Shown here: positions 23,647 through 36,878 of the stretch, piece by piece
How the letters are laid out: every line of letters begins with the position of its first letter
Numbering within the stretch: the stretch's first letter is position 1
Assembly: GCF_006345805.1 (NCBI RefSeq)
Contig: NC_043004.1
Span: forward strand, 2,232,001-2,296,000
Length of the DNA: 64,000 nt
DNA from: Octopus sinensis
Taxonomy: Eukaryota
Direction of reading: 5' to 3'
Program-made: the position numbers and the translations under genes
The notes under the pieces: generated by a model
Told to the model about the DNA's origin: nothing
The model's input: only the letters and a program-made list of their open reading frames with translations
Database searches by the model: none

Positions 23647-24761
23647 TACAAGGGAGACAAGCGAGGAGGGAAAGTGGAGGGATTAAAGAAGAGTGAGGGG
23701 GAAAAAAAGGTACTGAGGAATTAGAGAGAGTAAAAATGAAATCAGAGGGACTGAGGAGCGAGAGGGAGAGAAAGAGAGAGAAAGAGAGAGAGAGAGACAG
23801 AGAGACAGACAGACAGACAGACAGAGAGTGTGTGTAAATGAAGAAACAAGGGAGATAATAGGGGAAGGAAAGAGAAGGTGAGAGTTGTACATAATATACA
23901 AGGAATATTTGTTTAATATAATGTAACTCAGTGCTTAACTCTAGATCCAAAATTTTCAGTGGTTGTAAGCATATGGCTAAGTTCCTGTTGACAAATTGGA
24001 ATAACTATAACATAGGCTCTAAGTCACTAACTTTTCAGCCTAAGGGAGATAACTCCAACTCTAATTCCTCCTCTTGCTTCTTTCGGAATTATTTTTCGTT
24101 TTCGGTTTCTTAACCTTCCACCTTTTATGCATACTTCCTCCTCACCCACTTTTCGCTTTTTCTCTCGTCCCATTCTTTGTTCGTTGTGCCATGTTGGCAG
24201 TGTCTGATGGTTGTGCTAGGACACCAGACGTATTATAAAACACTGTTAAGTATGTTCTCAGCCCATGAAGCTAAAAGTAGCATATAAAAGCATATATTCT
24301 GTTTATTAAATGATATTTATCTCTCATCAGATGGAGTACTCTTTTAGCTGATCATGCCATCACTGAACAACCGTTAAATATACCTGCAAATTAACAAACA
24401 AATCCTATTTCGTAAAGAATTAAGAACTATCTCAGAAATTGTATATATATAATCTGGAGAGTATGTTTACAATTGTCATATGGAAGATGTGTTTGCTTAG
24501 ACCTATATATATATATACGGATAAGGGTGAATACATAAGAAGTTATATATACTTGTATGGGTGTTCGTCCATTCATCATTGATTGGGTGATTTGGTATGA
24601 CGAAGCATGTCTTTTGTTATCACTGTTGCTGAGGGTTTGGCGTCACTTTGCGAGCTGTTACCTTGAAGTTGACACGATAATACATTGATAAGCTTACTGG
24701 AAGGCATCATGTCAAACACGCGTAAAATATAATTTTGTTGCTACTTCAAAATACTTCAGAG

Positions 24762-25222
24762 CAGAGGTTCTCGACCATATTTTGTCCACGGATTGCTTCG
24801 ATTCTAAGTTTTTCTCTACTAGACCCCCATAGCCATTCGTTGTTTAACAAAATCCTATTGTATTTTTATAATTAATTATCATGAGGAATTTTATTAAACT
24901 AATTAAAATATTTTGTACATTGCAAGAATATAACTAATTTTCAAATAGAGATCAGCTCTAAAAAGGCCCAAATCATAGCAGAGAGTAGGGAATCAAATGA
25001 ACTTCCTTATACGATCCCTATGGTAAAGTTAGTTCAGCTTCACAAGTTTGAGTCCTCGAGCTTTATTACTCACTAGATATTTTATTGGGGTCAGGTAATC
25101 AGAGCATGAGTTGAGGTAAAATCAGCCCTGAGGTCACTGAATACAGCAACACTTTAACAGCAAAACTCTAAAACGGACTCCCACGGGTCGTTCGGTTCCC
25201 TCCACCCAGATGAAAACCACTG
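24762..25222. mobile_element. Degenerate hAT-type MITE
   Basis: Left end cagaggttctcgacc and right end gatgaaaaccactg resemble CAGTGGTTCTCAACC-type termini; 8-bp flanks cttcagag/ttttagag match at 6 of 8. Confidence 0.4.
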
Positions 25223-25321
25223 TTTTAGAGAAATGATGCGCATGATGGTCAACCCAAAGCATTTAATAGTGACATCTGTACATTGAGGAAATTTGTCAAA
25301 ATGGAAGCAAAACAGACCAGG

Positions 25322-25460
25322 AAAAGGTATTTAGGTTCTGAGTTCAAATTCCGCCAAAGTTAACTTTTCCCTTTATTTGAAGCGGGGGGGGGGCGTCGAC
25401 AAATAAAGTACCATTTGAGAAGAGGCATCGATGCAATAGAGTAACCCCTACCCGCTAAAA
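25322..25460 (+). mobile_element. SINE B fragment, diverged
   Basis: ttctgagttcaaattccgcc...gtcgacaaataaagtacca. Confidence 0.55.
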
Positions 25461-25544
25461 AAAACACAACCGTTATATCACTGAAATTAATTATGAAGAA
25501 AAAATAAACTAATATAATGAAACATCACAGCATTAAAAAAAAAT

Positions 25545-25936
25545 ACTCTTTTACTTGTTTCAGTCATTTGACTGCGGCCATGCTGGAGCACCGCCTTTAG
25601 TCGAGCAAATCGACCCCGGGACTTATTCTTTGTAAGCCCAGTACTTATTCTATCGGTCTCTTTTGCCGAACCGCTAAGTGACGGGGACGTAAACACACCA
25701 GTATCGGTTGTCAAGCAATGCTAGGGGGACAAACACAGACACACACACATATATATATATATATACATATATACGACGGGCTTCCTTCAGTTTACGTCTA
25801 CCAAATCCACTCACAAGGCATTGGTCGGCCCGGGGCTATAGCAGAAGACACTTGCCCAAGATGCCACGCAGTGGGACTGAACCCGGAATCATGTGGTTGG
25901 TTAGCAAGCTACTTACCACACAGCCACTCCTGCGCC
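25545..25936 (-). mobile_element. Young, near full-length SINE family A
   Basis: Near-consensus head ggcgcaggagtggctgtgtggtaagtagcttgc and tail ggcggtgctccagcatggccgcagtcaaatgactgaaacaagtaaaagagt. Confidence 0.92.
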
Positions 25937-25978
25937 TATATAGCCACTCCTGCTATATAATAGGTATATTATATACAG

Positions 25979-26121
25979 TTGATGGTTATTTGTATTCATC
26001 TTGTTTGTTGTTAACACAACCCTCTAGCCTTCATTAGGTGCCTTTGGGAAATTTCGAACCCGGGTTCGAAATAATGTAAATAATGTACATAATTCCTCAT
26101 CTCTTGAATATAGAACTGTAT
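25979..26121. mobile_element. Family F copy with internal inversion and a 22-bp perfect palindrome at the junction
   Basis: 25979-26050 is colinear with 22630-22706; atttcgaacccgggttcgaaat at 26051-26072; 26073-26121 is the reverse complement of 22582-22630. Confidence 0.7.
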
Positions 26122-26132
26122 TTTTAAAAAAG

Positions 26133-26390
26133 TGGCGAGCAGACAGAATCGTTAGTAGGCCGAGGAAAATACTTAGCGGTATTTTGCCTGCCGTTACCTT
26201 CTGAGTTCAAATTCCGCCGAGGTCGACTTTGCCTTTCATCCTTTCGGGGTCGATAAATTAAGTACCAGTTACGCACTGGGGTCGATGTAATCGACTTAAT
26301 CTGTTTGTCTGTCCTTGTTTGTCCACTCTGTGTTTAGCCCCTTGTGGGCAGTAAATAAATAGGTATTTCGCCCGTCTTTATGCTCTGTGC
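26133..26390 (+). mobile_element. SINE B head + beta-tail body followed by resumed host sequence gtatttcgccc
   Basis: ...taaataaatag|gtatttcgcccgtcttta at about 26361. Confidence 0.8.
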
Positions 26391-26443
<53 letters not shown>

Positions 26444-28069
26444 AATAGAGAAAGATAGATAGATAGATAGATATATAGATAGATAGATAGAGAGAGAGAC
26501 ACACACACAAGTGGTAGCCATTCTCGAAGAAACCGATGAAGAGGCTTTTAAACGCTGAGAATATGCGTTACTAACAAAAATCTAATGTTAATTTTTATTA
26601 ATAAACAATGTGTATGTTCATGTGTGTATACATCATCGAGGCTGTGTCTCCACTCCATTTCTGGTACCTCATAGTGTAAGTACCTTTTAACGGAACCAGT
26701 TCAACGCAGCATATCTACCATTGGTTCACTTCAATCAACACAACTTTAACTCCAACAAATTTATGATTTCTGCCCATGTTAGAAATCATAATTATTGATA
26801 TAATTTCTTTTTCTCTTGATTTTATTAATCAGCTCGAAACACTTCATTAAGTTTAATTAATGATTTTTTCTATCATAAATGCAAATTAAAAGTAATAATT
26901 CAAAACGTTAATTGGGTCATATAAGAACATGTTTTGGTTTTACATTCCTCTTTATAATAAATTCAAATTTGCTAAAATTTGTTTTTAAAAATCTGGTTTT
27001 CTGAAGAGTTTTTATTTTCGGTTTTATTCTTTTCTTTCTTATTGATATACACGAATTTATTTAGATTTTTTTTTCCTTTCTTTTCCATTTTCATTCATTA
27101 ATTTATTTTATCTTCTTTTAATTTCTTCCTTCAGATAAAAGTCCTTTACCTCATCCAAGTTTTTTCAAGAATATATAGACTATTTTAATTAGCTTCAATG
27201 ATGTGCAACTTAGTAATTCTAATTTTGTTGTATTTCTTCTTTTGTCAGTTTTGTTTTTGTTTCTACTTCCAGCCACTAAATTTATTTACTTTCCATTACT
27301 TTCATTTCTACTGTTTTCCTTAATATATTTCTAACAAAAAGTAAAAAGAAAAATGGGAAAAAATAAAGCCACATCAACAAATATGAGTAACACATACACA
27401 CAAAATAATAAATAATTTTCGTAGATTCACAACATTTGAATTATTAATTTGGCAGTTTTCTAACAGCCTTTGTCTTCTTTAGCAGTCGATAAAACGCCAC
27501 TTACGATGAAGTAACAAGCTCTCGTTGATAAGAGGCTCTTAAGAAACTAGCTTGAAAATTCAATCAGCATTATTAAATTGTGGCATTTTCGTTTCATTTT
27601 TCGCTGTCAGCCAATATTTACTGGTAAGAATTAATAGAATTATGAAAGTTAAACCAATGTTTCAAGACATCTTCTAGTTGTGTTCGTGTAGAAGCTGGAA
27701 TTAAAGTTACAAACAGTGTTATCAAATAATTAGACAAAATCATGGATGGCAATGAGGTTGGCATAGTTATCTTTTACAGTAAAAACCGAAAGGAGATTGG
27801 CAACAAAATTACTCTTCGTAGATTCGATAAATTGGAAGAGATGGGAATGGAGTTTTACTTATAACTAACAGTGAAGCAACGTTGCCGCATACAGAACATA
27901 CATACATACGTGTGTGTGTATGCGTGTGTGTGTGTGTGTGTGCAGGCGTAGCTGTGTGGTAAGAAGTCTTCTATCCTTTCTTTTTTTACACCAACTGTAT
28001 CTTCAATTTGTCTTTATTTCATGTAGTTTTATTATTAATACCTTGGAGTTTCCTTTTATTGGTTCCATC

Positions 28070-28291
28070 CTATTTCTTTACTACCCACAGGGGAATAAAC
28101 ACAGAGAGGACAAACAAGGACAGACACACGGATTAAGTCGATTACATCGACCCCAGTGCGTAACTGGTACTTATTTAATCGACCCCGAAAGGATGAAAGG
28201 CAAAGTCGACCTCGGTGGAATTTGAACTCAGAAGGTAACGGTAGACGAAATACCGCAAAGCATTTCGCCTGGCGTGCGAACGTTTCTGCCA
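28070..28291 (-). mobile_element. SINE B beta-tail copy, slightly 5'-truncated
   Basis: Colinear with 21736-21969; short direct repeat catcc at 28066-28070 and 28292-28296. Confidence 0.88.
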
Positions 28292-29391
28292 CATCCATAG
28301 CATTTAGACATGTGTCCATGATGTTGGCTGGGTCTCCAAGAGCAGTGATCACAATGGATACACTCATCCTTTTTAACAGCTGCAGTACCGGATTTGGCAA
28401 TTAGGGGAGAGCAAGAGAAGTATGGACACTAAAGGAAGAAGAGGGACGGCAGGAATACCAGAGAGAAGGTATCACGTGATCAGCGTTAAACAGAGGAAAT
28501 AATTGAGTACTGAGAACGATATTATCTCATCTCATCACAAACCCTCAATAAATTAACATGGCGGATCTTCTTTGGTTAACTGTGCTGATCTTGCTAAGTA
28601 CCTGACTCGATATATATATTATAACGGATGGATAAATTAATAACAGTAGTACTTCTGCTAAACACACACACACACACACACGTGTGTGTGTGTGTGAAGA
28701 ATATCTGTATTAATACTTACTAGGGAGGCTAATTTCTCCCAAAGGGTAACATACAGTATCGTCTTTCTGAAATAAAACTTCTAAGATTGAAATTGTATAA
28801 AAGTATCGCTGAAACAGAGTTGATAATATTTATTTTACTGGACAGATGAGGGAATCGATTCAGACACTGCAAACATAATATACATGCGTGGATATGTATG
28901 TTTTCATGCGTATATTTGCCTTCGTGTTTGTATACATATGCGCTCACGTGTATTTGTGTAAGTTCGTGCATGTGCGTCTGTGAGTAGGTGGGGGTTGCGG
29001 CGATAGGAAATGAATGCTTCTGTTGTATTAAGAAGGCTTTCTAACTTACGTTATGTTTTCAGGCAGCTGGAAACCCGGCTCGAATATTTTGCTTCTTCTC
29101 AAAAGTAAAATTTCAGTCTGCCCTTCACCTAGATTTTCCAATTGATATACATCGTGAATAGATTTCAATCTATAATGCCAACATGATCCATTTAGCTCTC
29201 CAATTTACGGATTAGAACACATTTAAGATTTATAGAAAGTATCACAAAGCAAAGCGAGTTTCAAATGAGACAAAAACAACAACACTAACAACAATGGTGT
29301 GAAGTAAACAAAACATGGACACCTTACAAACAACTCCTTTTTTTTTCTCATAAACACTAACACTCACTCTCTCTCATTCTCTTCCCCCACG

Positions 29392-29492
29392 TCTCTCTCT
29401 CTTCCTCTCTCTCGCTAGCACTCCCTCTCTCTCTCTTCCTCTCTCTCGCTAGCACTCCCTCTCTCTCTCTCTCTTCCTCTCTCTCGCTAGCA

Positions 29493-29552
<60 letters not shown>

Positions 29553-29575
29553 AGCACACACACACACACACACTC
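29392..29575. repeat. (CT)n array with 3 copies of a cttcctctctctcgctagcactcc unit
   Basis: Direct reading. Confidence 0.9.
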
Positions 29576-30291
29576 TGTCAATAGCAGCTTAAGAAAATAA
29601 CTCTGGAAAAAGTTAAGCCGCTGGTGTGATAGTTAAGTCACGTGTATCAGTTATTGTACAGTATTATAAAAATACATTGAAGGAGGATGATAACGAATCA
29701 AAGGCTTAGCGGTGAGGATATTTATGTCAGCGATATTTACTCTGTAATGTTTTATTCGATGACAGATCTGTGCAAATTGCTCTGGCAGCCATACTAAGAC
29801 CACGCTAATACTGAAAACTACTACGAAGCGATATCGAGACAAAAAGTAGTGCAACGAAATAATTGTCTATTACGTTAATAAGGAGAAGGCAAGAATAAAG
29901 GGAAGTTGTGATGTTCATGCATTTATTAAATTTATTAATGATGCAAGTTAAAGAAATATTTTCAGCCAGACATGGCTGTATTTTATTTATACGCTAAATT
30001 TGCTGCGGGATAACGTCCGGTGAAAGCTCCCCCAAACGAGGCCGGGTGTTATTTGGATATATGTCATAGATTTATATAAGACATAGACCCGAGTGTGTGC
30101 CATTAATGTGCCACAATAATGGTGAAATATCGATATCTAAAATCCTTGGTGATTCTGAAGCGAGCTGTCTCACCTGATCTATGATATTCACGTGTTCTTT
30201 AACACTTGATGTCGTTTGCGGAGCATTTCCCGGACGCAATTTGGCGTATAACCAAAACGCATACACTATGTATGTGCGACATATAATATTT

Positions 30292-30343
<52 letters not shown>

Positions 30344-30375
30344 CACACACAGGCACATATACACACACACACAAA

Positions 30376-30720
30376 CTAGCAATACACTCCGGCGTTGCCC
30401 GAGTGTTATGATCTACAGCCAAATTGTATTATATGCTCAATTTTCGCGTTGAAGCGGAACGTATGCACCACACACAATGCACTCCGGTGTTGTCCTGGTC
30501 GTTGATAACAATGACACCACGATCAACTGATATTGCACTACATGTCTCTCATAAAGAAAAATTGATTTGAACTTGTACCAATCAGAGAATATGTTGCACA
30601 TCCCAACCAATGAAGGGACACGCAAAATGGGTGAACTCGCGTGTTTATGTGACCTTAATTTGCCCTCGCTTAGATGTGCAGTGTTGTTGTCTTCACTGAG
30701 ATTACCAGGTTAAATGTTTG
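30376..30720 (-). mobile_element. Helitron-like 3' terminus (subterminal hairpin + CTAG); 5' extent uncertain
   Basis: Minus strand cactc-g-ggc-aac-gcc-g-gagtg hairpin (30385-30405), then tattgCTAG|t at 30376. Confidence 0.45.
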
Positions 30721-30730
30721 CTTTCCAGCG

Positions 30731-31831
30731 TACCACCAGCAACTCAGTTCCCGCTGTTTTTTTTAAAGGTTTAATAAAAAATAATAACTTATTAATCAAT
30801 AATGTATTCACCCTTGTTGTTTACAACTTCTTCCCAACGTTCGACAAGATTTTCAATACCTCGTTGGTAGAAATCACCCGATTTCGACTCGATAAATTCA
30901 TCCAACTAAGCTCTCAATTCTGCATCAGTATTGAACGAAACTCCGCTCATAGCATTTGAAAGAGATCGAAAGAGGTGGAAATCCGTTGATTCCAAATCAG
31001 AGAGTACACTCTGCGGGTGTGGCAGCACTTCTCAACCATGCGTTTGAATGGCTTCCTTGGTCATATTGGCGATATGAGTGTGGGCTTTATCGTGCAGCAT
31101 AAATACTCCATGCTGCTGGTTAGGTCTTTTCTCTTGAATAGCCGTGTTGAGTCATTCCTTCTGTTGAACATAGAGTTCCGCATTGACCGTTTGGTTCCGT
31201 TCAAGCAATTCGTAATAGACAATCACTTCCCAGTTCAACTATACGCACAACATCGTTCTACGCGGATGAAGATTTTGCTTCACGCGCGGTGTCACTTGTT
31301 TACCGGGGCTAAGCCACTCCTTACGCTGCTTCATATTGATGTACAGGTACCATTTTTCGTCACCAGTAACGATTCGGTAAAAAAATCGTTGCTTGTGTCC
31401 ATGAGTTGAGTGGTGACGAACAAGCAAAGCAGCGGAGATTGTGGCTCGTTGATTTTTGTTGTTGTCACTTTTAGCATGCGGAACCCATGCTCCATACTTC
31501 TGAACCTTTCCCATCGAGGGGATATACTTCTCTATAGCAGTGTGGGAGCATTCCATTTTCTCTGCCAGTTCCCTTGTCGTTCGACGAGAATTTTCGTGCA
31601 AAAGTTGGTTTAATCACTTTTCATCGAATTCAACTGGACGGCCAGAACGAGGTGCGTCTTTAAGGTAGAAATTTCCATTTTTGAACTTGGCATACCAATC
31701 ACGTTCGGTTCTTTCAGCTATGGCACCCTCTCCATACTCAGCACAAATGTCACGAGCAGCTTTCCCGGCCTTAGAACCTTGATTAGAAGCAAAAAGACGA
31801 AGGTGTCGAAAATGCTCGTTTTTCATAACTT
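30731..31831 (-). mobile_element. Decayed mariner (DD34D-type) transposon; transposase pseudogene 30792-31826
   Basis: MKNEHFRH...PRSGRP, WVPH, IVTGDEKW, TDFHLFRSL, ERWEEVVNNKGEYIID**, interrupted by stops and frameshifts; probable 3' TIR remnant agcaactcagttcccgctgtttt at 30738-30760; no matching 5' TIR seen. Confidence 0.9.
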
Positions 31832-32093
31832 GTCATTCCGGGATGGTGGTGATCCCTGCTGTACTCTTTCACCACAACTTTCTCTCACTCTTACTTCTGT
31901 TTCTGTTGTACCTGTATTTCAAAGGGCCGGCCTTGTCACTCTCTGTGTCACGCTGAATATCCCCGAGATCTACGTTAAGGGTACACGTGTCTGTGGAGTT
32001 CTCAGCCGCTTACACGTTAATTTCACGAGCAGGCTGTTCCGTTGATTCGGATCAACCGGAACCCTCGTCGTCGTAACCGACGGAGTGCTTCCA
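31832..32093 (+). mobile_element. Chimeric SINE fragment: family D central segment joined to family E 3' half
   Basis: actctttcaccacaactttctctcactctt matches 14431-14460; tttcaaagggccggccttgtcac...accgacggagtgc matches the E 3' half. Confidence 0.7.
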
Positions 32094-32098
32094 TCCAT

Positions 32099-32163
<65 letters not shown>

Positions 32164-32454
32164 TACCCTCTTGGATAATTTCATTTACTTTTCATCAATT
32201 TGAACTGCTAAGTTCTCTCCCTTGCTTCTCTTGTTTAAAAATGTTGTTAACGCTGAGTTTTCTGCACGAGTGTAATATCACTTCATCAGTAACTATGTTG
32301 CGCTGACTACATTGTGTATTGTAGCTGGTACTTAACTGACAAATTATAAAATCATTTCGTTCTTATATTTAGATATACATATAAAATTATATTAGGTAAA
32401 TAGGTAGTGGTGAGAATTGAAATTTATACATCATCGAAAGAGAAACCTTATCAA

Positions 32455-33030
32455 ACAGGCGCATGCGCGGCTGTATCGGAAGAGGTTTGCTTCTTAGCCA
32501 TATGCTTTAGGATTCAGTCTCACTGCGCGGCACATTAGGTGAATGCTTTCTACTATAGCTGACCAAAGCATTTTGAATGGCTTTGATAGACGGAAACTGA
32601 AAGAAGCCCGTCGTATATACACGTGTGTGTGTGTGAGTGTGTGAGTGTGTGTGTCTGTATGTGCTGAGAAGGTTGGTTCCTGCGTGGTGCCCCGAGCAAG
32701 TATCTTCTGCCATAGCCTCAGGCTGACCAAAATCCTTTTGAGTGGATTTACAAGATGAAAACTGAAAGAAATCCTCTGTGCTTATGCGTGTGTTGAGTGT
32801 GTGTTTGTGTGCGTGCGCGCGCATGTATGTATTTGTGTCTTTGTGTCTGTGTGTAGTCACCCACCACTGCTTGACAATGGCTGTTGGTGTGGCTTCGTTC
32901 TCAGTTTTGCAAAAGAGACCGAAAAAATAATCACCACGCTTAAAACAAAAATATGTTCAACTAAAATTCTTTCAGGCAGTGCTCCAGTATGGCCGTAGTT
33001 TAATAAATAAAAGAGGAAAAAGTAAAAGAA
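32455..33030 (+). mobile_element. Diverged SINE A with tandemly repeated 5' half
   Basis: Two ctatagc...gaccaaa...gaaactgaaagaa segments precede one A tail (ggcagtgctccagtatggccg). Confidence 0.65.
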
Positions 33031-33058
33031 CGAAATTAAGAATACATTTTATGGTTAG

Positions 33059-33102
<44 letters not shown>

Positions 33103-33964
33103 ACACACATACGCGCACACAATCTCATCAGATTTCCTGCTGTTGAAATCACCTTTTTCATCCATTGTACAAACATTATACACAATCGTCCAAAATCGAT
33201 TTTTGCCTTTTTATCCTGCCACGATCGATAGAATTGGTACCAGTAATACAATACCTTACCTACTCACAAGCATTCTTTCTTGGATAAAAGATTAAGCAGG
33301 GGGCACAGCTAATTTACCCACACTTATAACTTTATTAGCTGTTTATTGCTTTGCTAGACCACATTTATTTCAGGCAATCAGGAGTTCACCTATTGACACT
33401 CCTTCAATTATTTACTCTTTACATTCATTTCCGGCGTCTCAATGCAAATGTTGTGTATATTATAATGAAGTCTATCACGTACACGACTTATTTCCATCAT
33501 CGATTGTTTTTCTCTGTGTGAAAAACTATTAACTTGTTTCTAATATAAAAGAACTCAATATTGTCACATGTAGGGAACAAGTTTCATTATCTAGAATTAA
33601 GTACATACCAATTTCGAATCGATAGAACAACAGTAAAAGACACGGCTAAAATCAACACAACACCTACCAAGACAACACCACCGCTGCAGAAAATACTACT
33701 AAAAAAAAAATACATTTCAAAAATAGCTCTCTGAGCATCGATCAAATTTCTTTTTTCTCCAGTAGTCTAACCTTGAAGCCAGTACAAATGCATCACAAAA
33801 GGCCATCGTTGCAACACTTTTCAGCTATCTAGCTAGATACAGACTTCAAGCAAAACATTCTCTGAAGTTGATACTGCGTTTCACTCCTCTTTGCCGTTTT
33901 GTTCGCTACTGTCATTGCCATTCAAACTCGAAATATCATCACGTCTATGGATATATGACTATTC

Positions 33965-34215
33965 TTTTCTACTCTAGGTACAAGGCCCAAAATTTTTGGG
34001 AAGGGGGCCAGTCGATTAGATCGGCCCAAGTATTTAACTGGTACTTAATTTATCGACTCCGAAGAGATGAAAGTCAAAGTCGACCTCAGCGGAATGTTTT
34101 GAGACATTTCATTCGTCTTTACGTTTTCATTCCAAATTCTGCCGAGGTCGACTTTGACCTCCAGCCTTTCGGGTTCGATAAAATAAGTACCAGTTGCGTA
34201 CTGGGGACGATGAAA
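33965..34215. mobile_element. Two SINE B fragments in head-to-head (inverted) arrangement
   Basis: ...aaagtcgacctcagcggaat (minus) faces aaattctgccgaggtcgacttt (plus). Confidence 0.7.
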
Positions 34216-35504
34216 TCGGCTTACACTCTCATGCCGAATTTGCTGGTCTTGAAACAAGCTAATATCGGTTTCAAATTTTGGTCCAAGGCCGAATTTTAAA
34301 ACCGATATTAGCTTGCAGCCACTTTAACTCTTGTCCTAGTGTTTACAACAAAAATTAGTTCCTAATGTGTTTATTCTGGAACCAGATTAGTTTTCTAAAA
34401 GTTAGAGCGTGATTGAAGCAAACAACACAAGACACGTTCATGGTAGCTCTTTTCTACCATGAACTTATCATAGTAATTCTCTGCTCAGCAATCTATTTCT
34501 TTTTATGAATATTAGCATTGTGGTATACGGCCGCAAATTTTTAGGAAAGAAGTATATTCGCTTAAATCGGCCCGAAGATATCTCTGGTATTTATTTTCTA
34601 GACCATCCACTCCCAGCCCAAATGAAGAAGAGCGGAACCAGTCTCAGTAAGATTTGAACTTATATAGTAAGGCAATTAATGCGGTCGACCAATACATCAC
34701 CACTTTAGCAACTAATACAATAATATTTTGCTATCTCAAAGAAATCGATTCCTGCTTTTCTTTTACTATTTTTTGTAACAGATCAATGAGTTTAAAACAT
34801 TTTCTATGTAAACTAAATATTTCATCTCACTCGTCACTTTCCCTTGGTATCGCGGTCTTTATGTTTTATTATAATTTCTCTTGCCGTTATGATTGGTGAA
34901 AAGCAATAGAAAAACTTAACAGAAAATGAAATGGATGTTTCAAATAGATTTACAACACACACACACACACAAGGAGAGATATGTATGTGTGTTTATGTAA
35001 GTATTTATTCAAGTACAAGTGTAAATATATATGTTCTTGTGTATACCTGTGTATGTGTGTTTGTGCACGTGAGAGTTATATGTTTGTGTGCATAACAGAG
35101 CAATGTGTACGATAAATGCAAAAAGTGGAAAGAGAGAGAGGAAGAGGAAGAGCTGGATAATGAGAAATCACTGATCCGCATGAATCAGTCATTTTCTCAG
35201 CGAGATGATTTTGTGTGGAGGTCGGGTATAATTCTCTGTGAAGCAGAAATAATTCTTCAAAAGTCTAGCACGAAATGAATGGCTGTTGTAAAGATTAATA
35301 TCTTTGTCAAATAACTGTAGTGATTGATCCGGAATATCATGGCTCATCAGTTACAGATTCTCTGAGGAAACCTGTCGTCTTGGTGAACATACAATGTTGA
35401 CCAGCTGCAACGAAGTTGGCAGATTTAAGATAGAAATTCCTTCTTTAGGCAAACAGCCAAATCTTGTAACGTAGTTGTAGAGTTTATTGGATGGACTCCT
35501 CCTA

Positions 35505-35517
35505 TTATTATTCTTGC

Positions 35518-35580
<63 letters not shown>

Positions 35581-35679
35581 ACATACAACTATTATACTAT
35601 TGTGATGATGATGGTACTACTAGTTCTACTATCACTATTCCTACTATTCCTACTACTGATAATAATAATGATGATGATG

Positions 35680-35726
<47 letters not shown>

Positions 35727-35742
35727 CACTGTTATCATCATC

Positions 35743-35774
<32 letters not shown>

Positions 35775-35790
35775 TTATAATAATAATTTC
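35505..35790. repeat. (ATT)n/(ACT)n/(AAT)n/(ATC)n compound trinucleotide repeats
   Basis: Direct reading. Confidence 0.93.
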
Positions 35791-35911
35791 TTACGTAGGT
35801 ACAAAGACAGGAATTGTGTGAAAAGAGTCATTTGATTATAAAGACGCCTTACTCGAACTAATATTTCAATTTACCGACTCCGGAAGGGATTGATGAAATA
35901 CCTTGCCGTAT

Positions 35912-36060
35912 TTGTTCCTTCTCTTCAGGGTTGGTTCTGAGTTCAAATCTCGGCCAATTTTCCGCTCCATCCTTTCAGGATCGATAAAATAAATTACCAT
36001 TGAAATCGTGATATGGACGATATTAACTCACCTGTCTCTCCTCAAACTTCCCGGCAGGTC
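35912..36060 (+). mobile_element. SINE B, diverged
   Basis: ttctgagttcaaatctcggcc...catcctttcaggatcgataaaataaattacca. Confidence 0.6.
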
Positions 36061-36878
36061 CTACATTATATACGATAGTCGTCATCATCATCATCATCAG
36101 CAGCAGCGTCACTATTAATGCTATTCACTTCTGACCCAGCAAGACGCTCTCCAAAGTATAAGTTTTTCTATGAGATGAAATACTGTTTTTATTAAAACTA
36201 TTCGTATAGATAGCGTCCGAAAGCTTGGATGCTACCTGTACAGGGCTGGCCAGGTACACAAAGTATGTTAATTTTTCCTTTTTTCTTTAGGCTGTCGAGA
36301 TAAAGAAGAATGACTAGAAATTGTGTGAGCAGCCTCTCTAACCATAAAATTTAAAATGAACAAGTTGATATAGTTCAGAAATAGAAAACAATCTAAAAGA
36401 AAGCCAGCACTAAAACAAGTTTTAAAACAAAATTTAGACGTAAACCAAATACAAACACTTAAATAAATATTTAATGGGAAAATATATTATTTTGAACACA
36501 ATAACAAATATTTCAAGCGACAATGGTAGCGACAACATTCGATCACGATGTAGATTTAAGCTACATAAAATAACGGGCACAACAGTAAAATAGTTACTAA
36601 CGGTGATTTAGGATTCGTCCAAATTGCTAGTAAGAGGAAGGTGCCAGGAAGAATTGTCAGATCAGCCTCTCTTAGTGGAATTTAATCCACAAGAAGCAAA
36701 TAAGTAATCTAACATACCTATATTTTGAGAAGACAGGTAAGAATTTCTACATTCAGGGCAGACAGCTGCTGAAAGAAGCAAAGAGGGTGATCGCTATTAG
36801 ACGACCGAGACACTGGTTTCTCACCCGTGTGAGGGTAAAAACCCTAAATTTTTTGGTGTTATTTATATATATATATAT

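Noticed and set aside
24195-24215. TGGCAGTGTCTGATGGTTGTG resembles mature miR-34 (seed GGCAGUG, 3' UGGUUGU)
   Set aside because: The flanks do not form a pre-miRNA-length hairpin: the seed half has no complementary arm. Probably chance; small-RNA reads would overturn this.
26530-26560. ccgatgaagaggcttttaaacg as another hammerhead
   Set aside because: Lacks GAAA and paired stems; too degenerate.
27611-27623. 13-nt micro-exon candidate (strong acceptor and GTAAGA donor)
   Set aside because: Not frame-preserving, no host gene identified, and such pairs are expected by chance in 64 kb.
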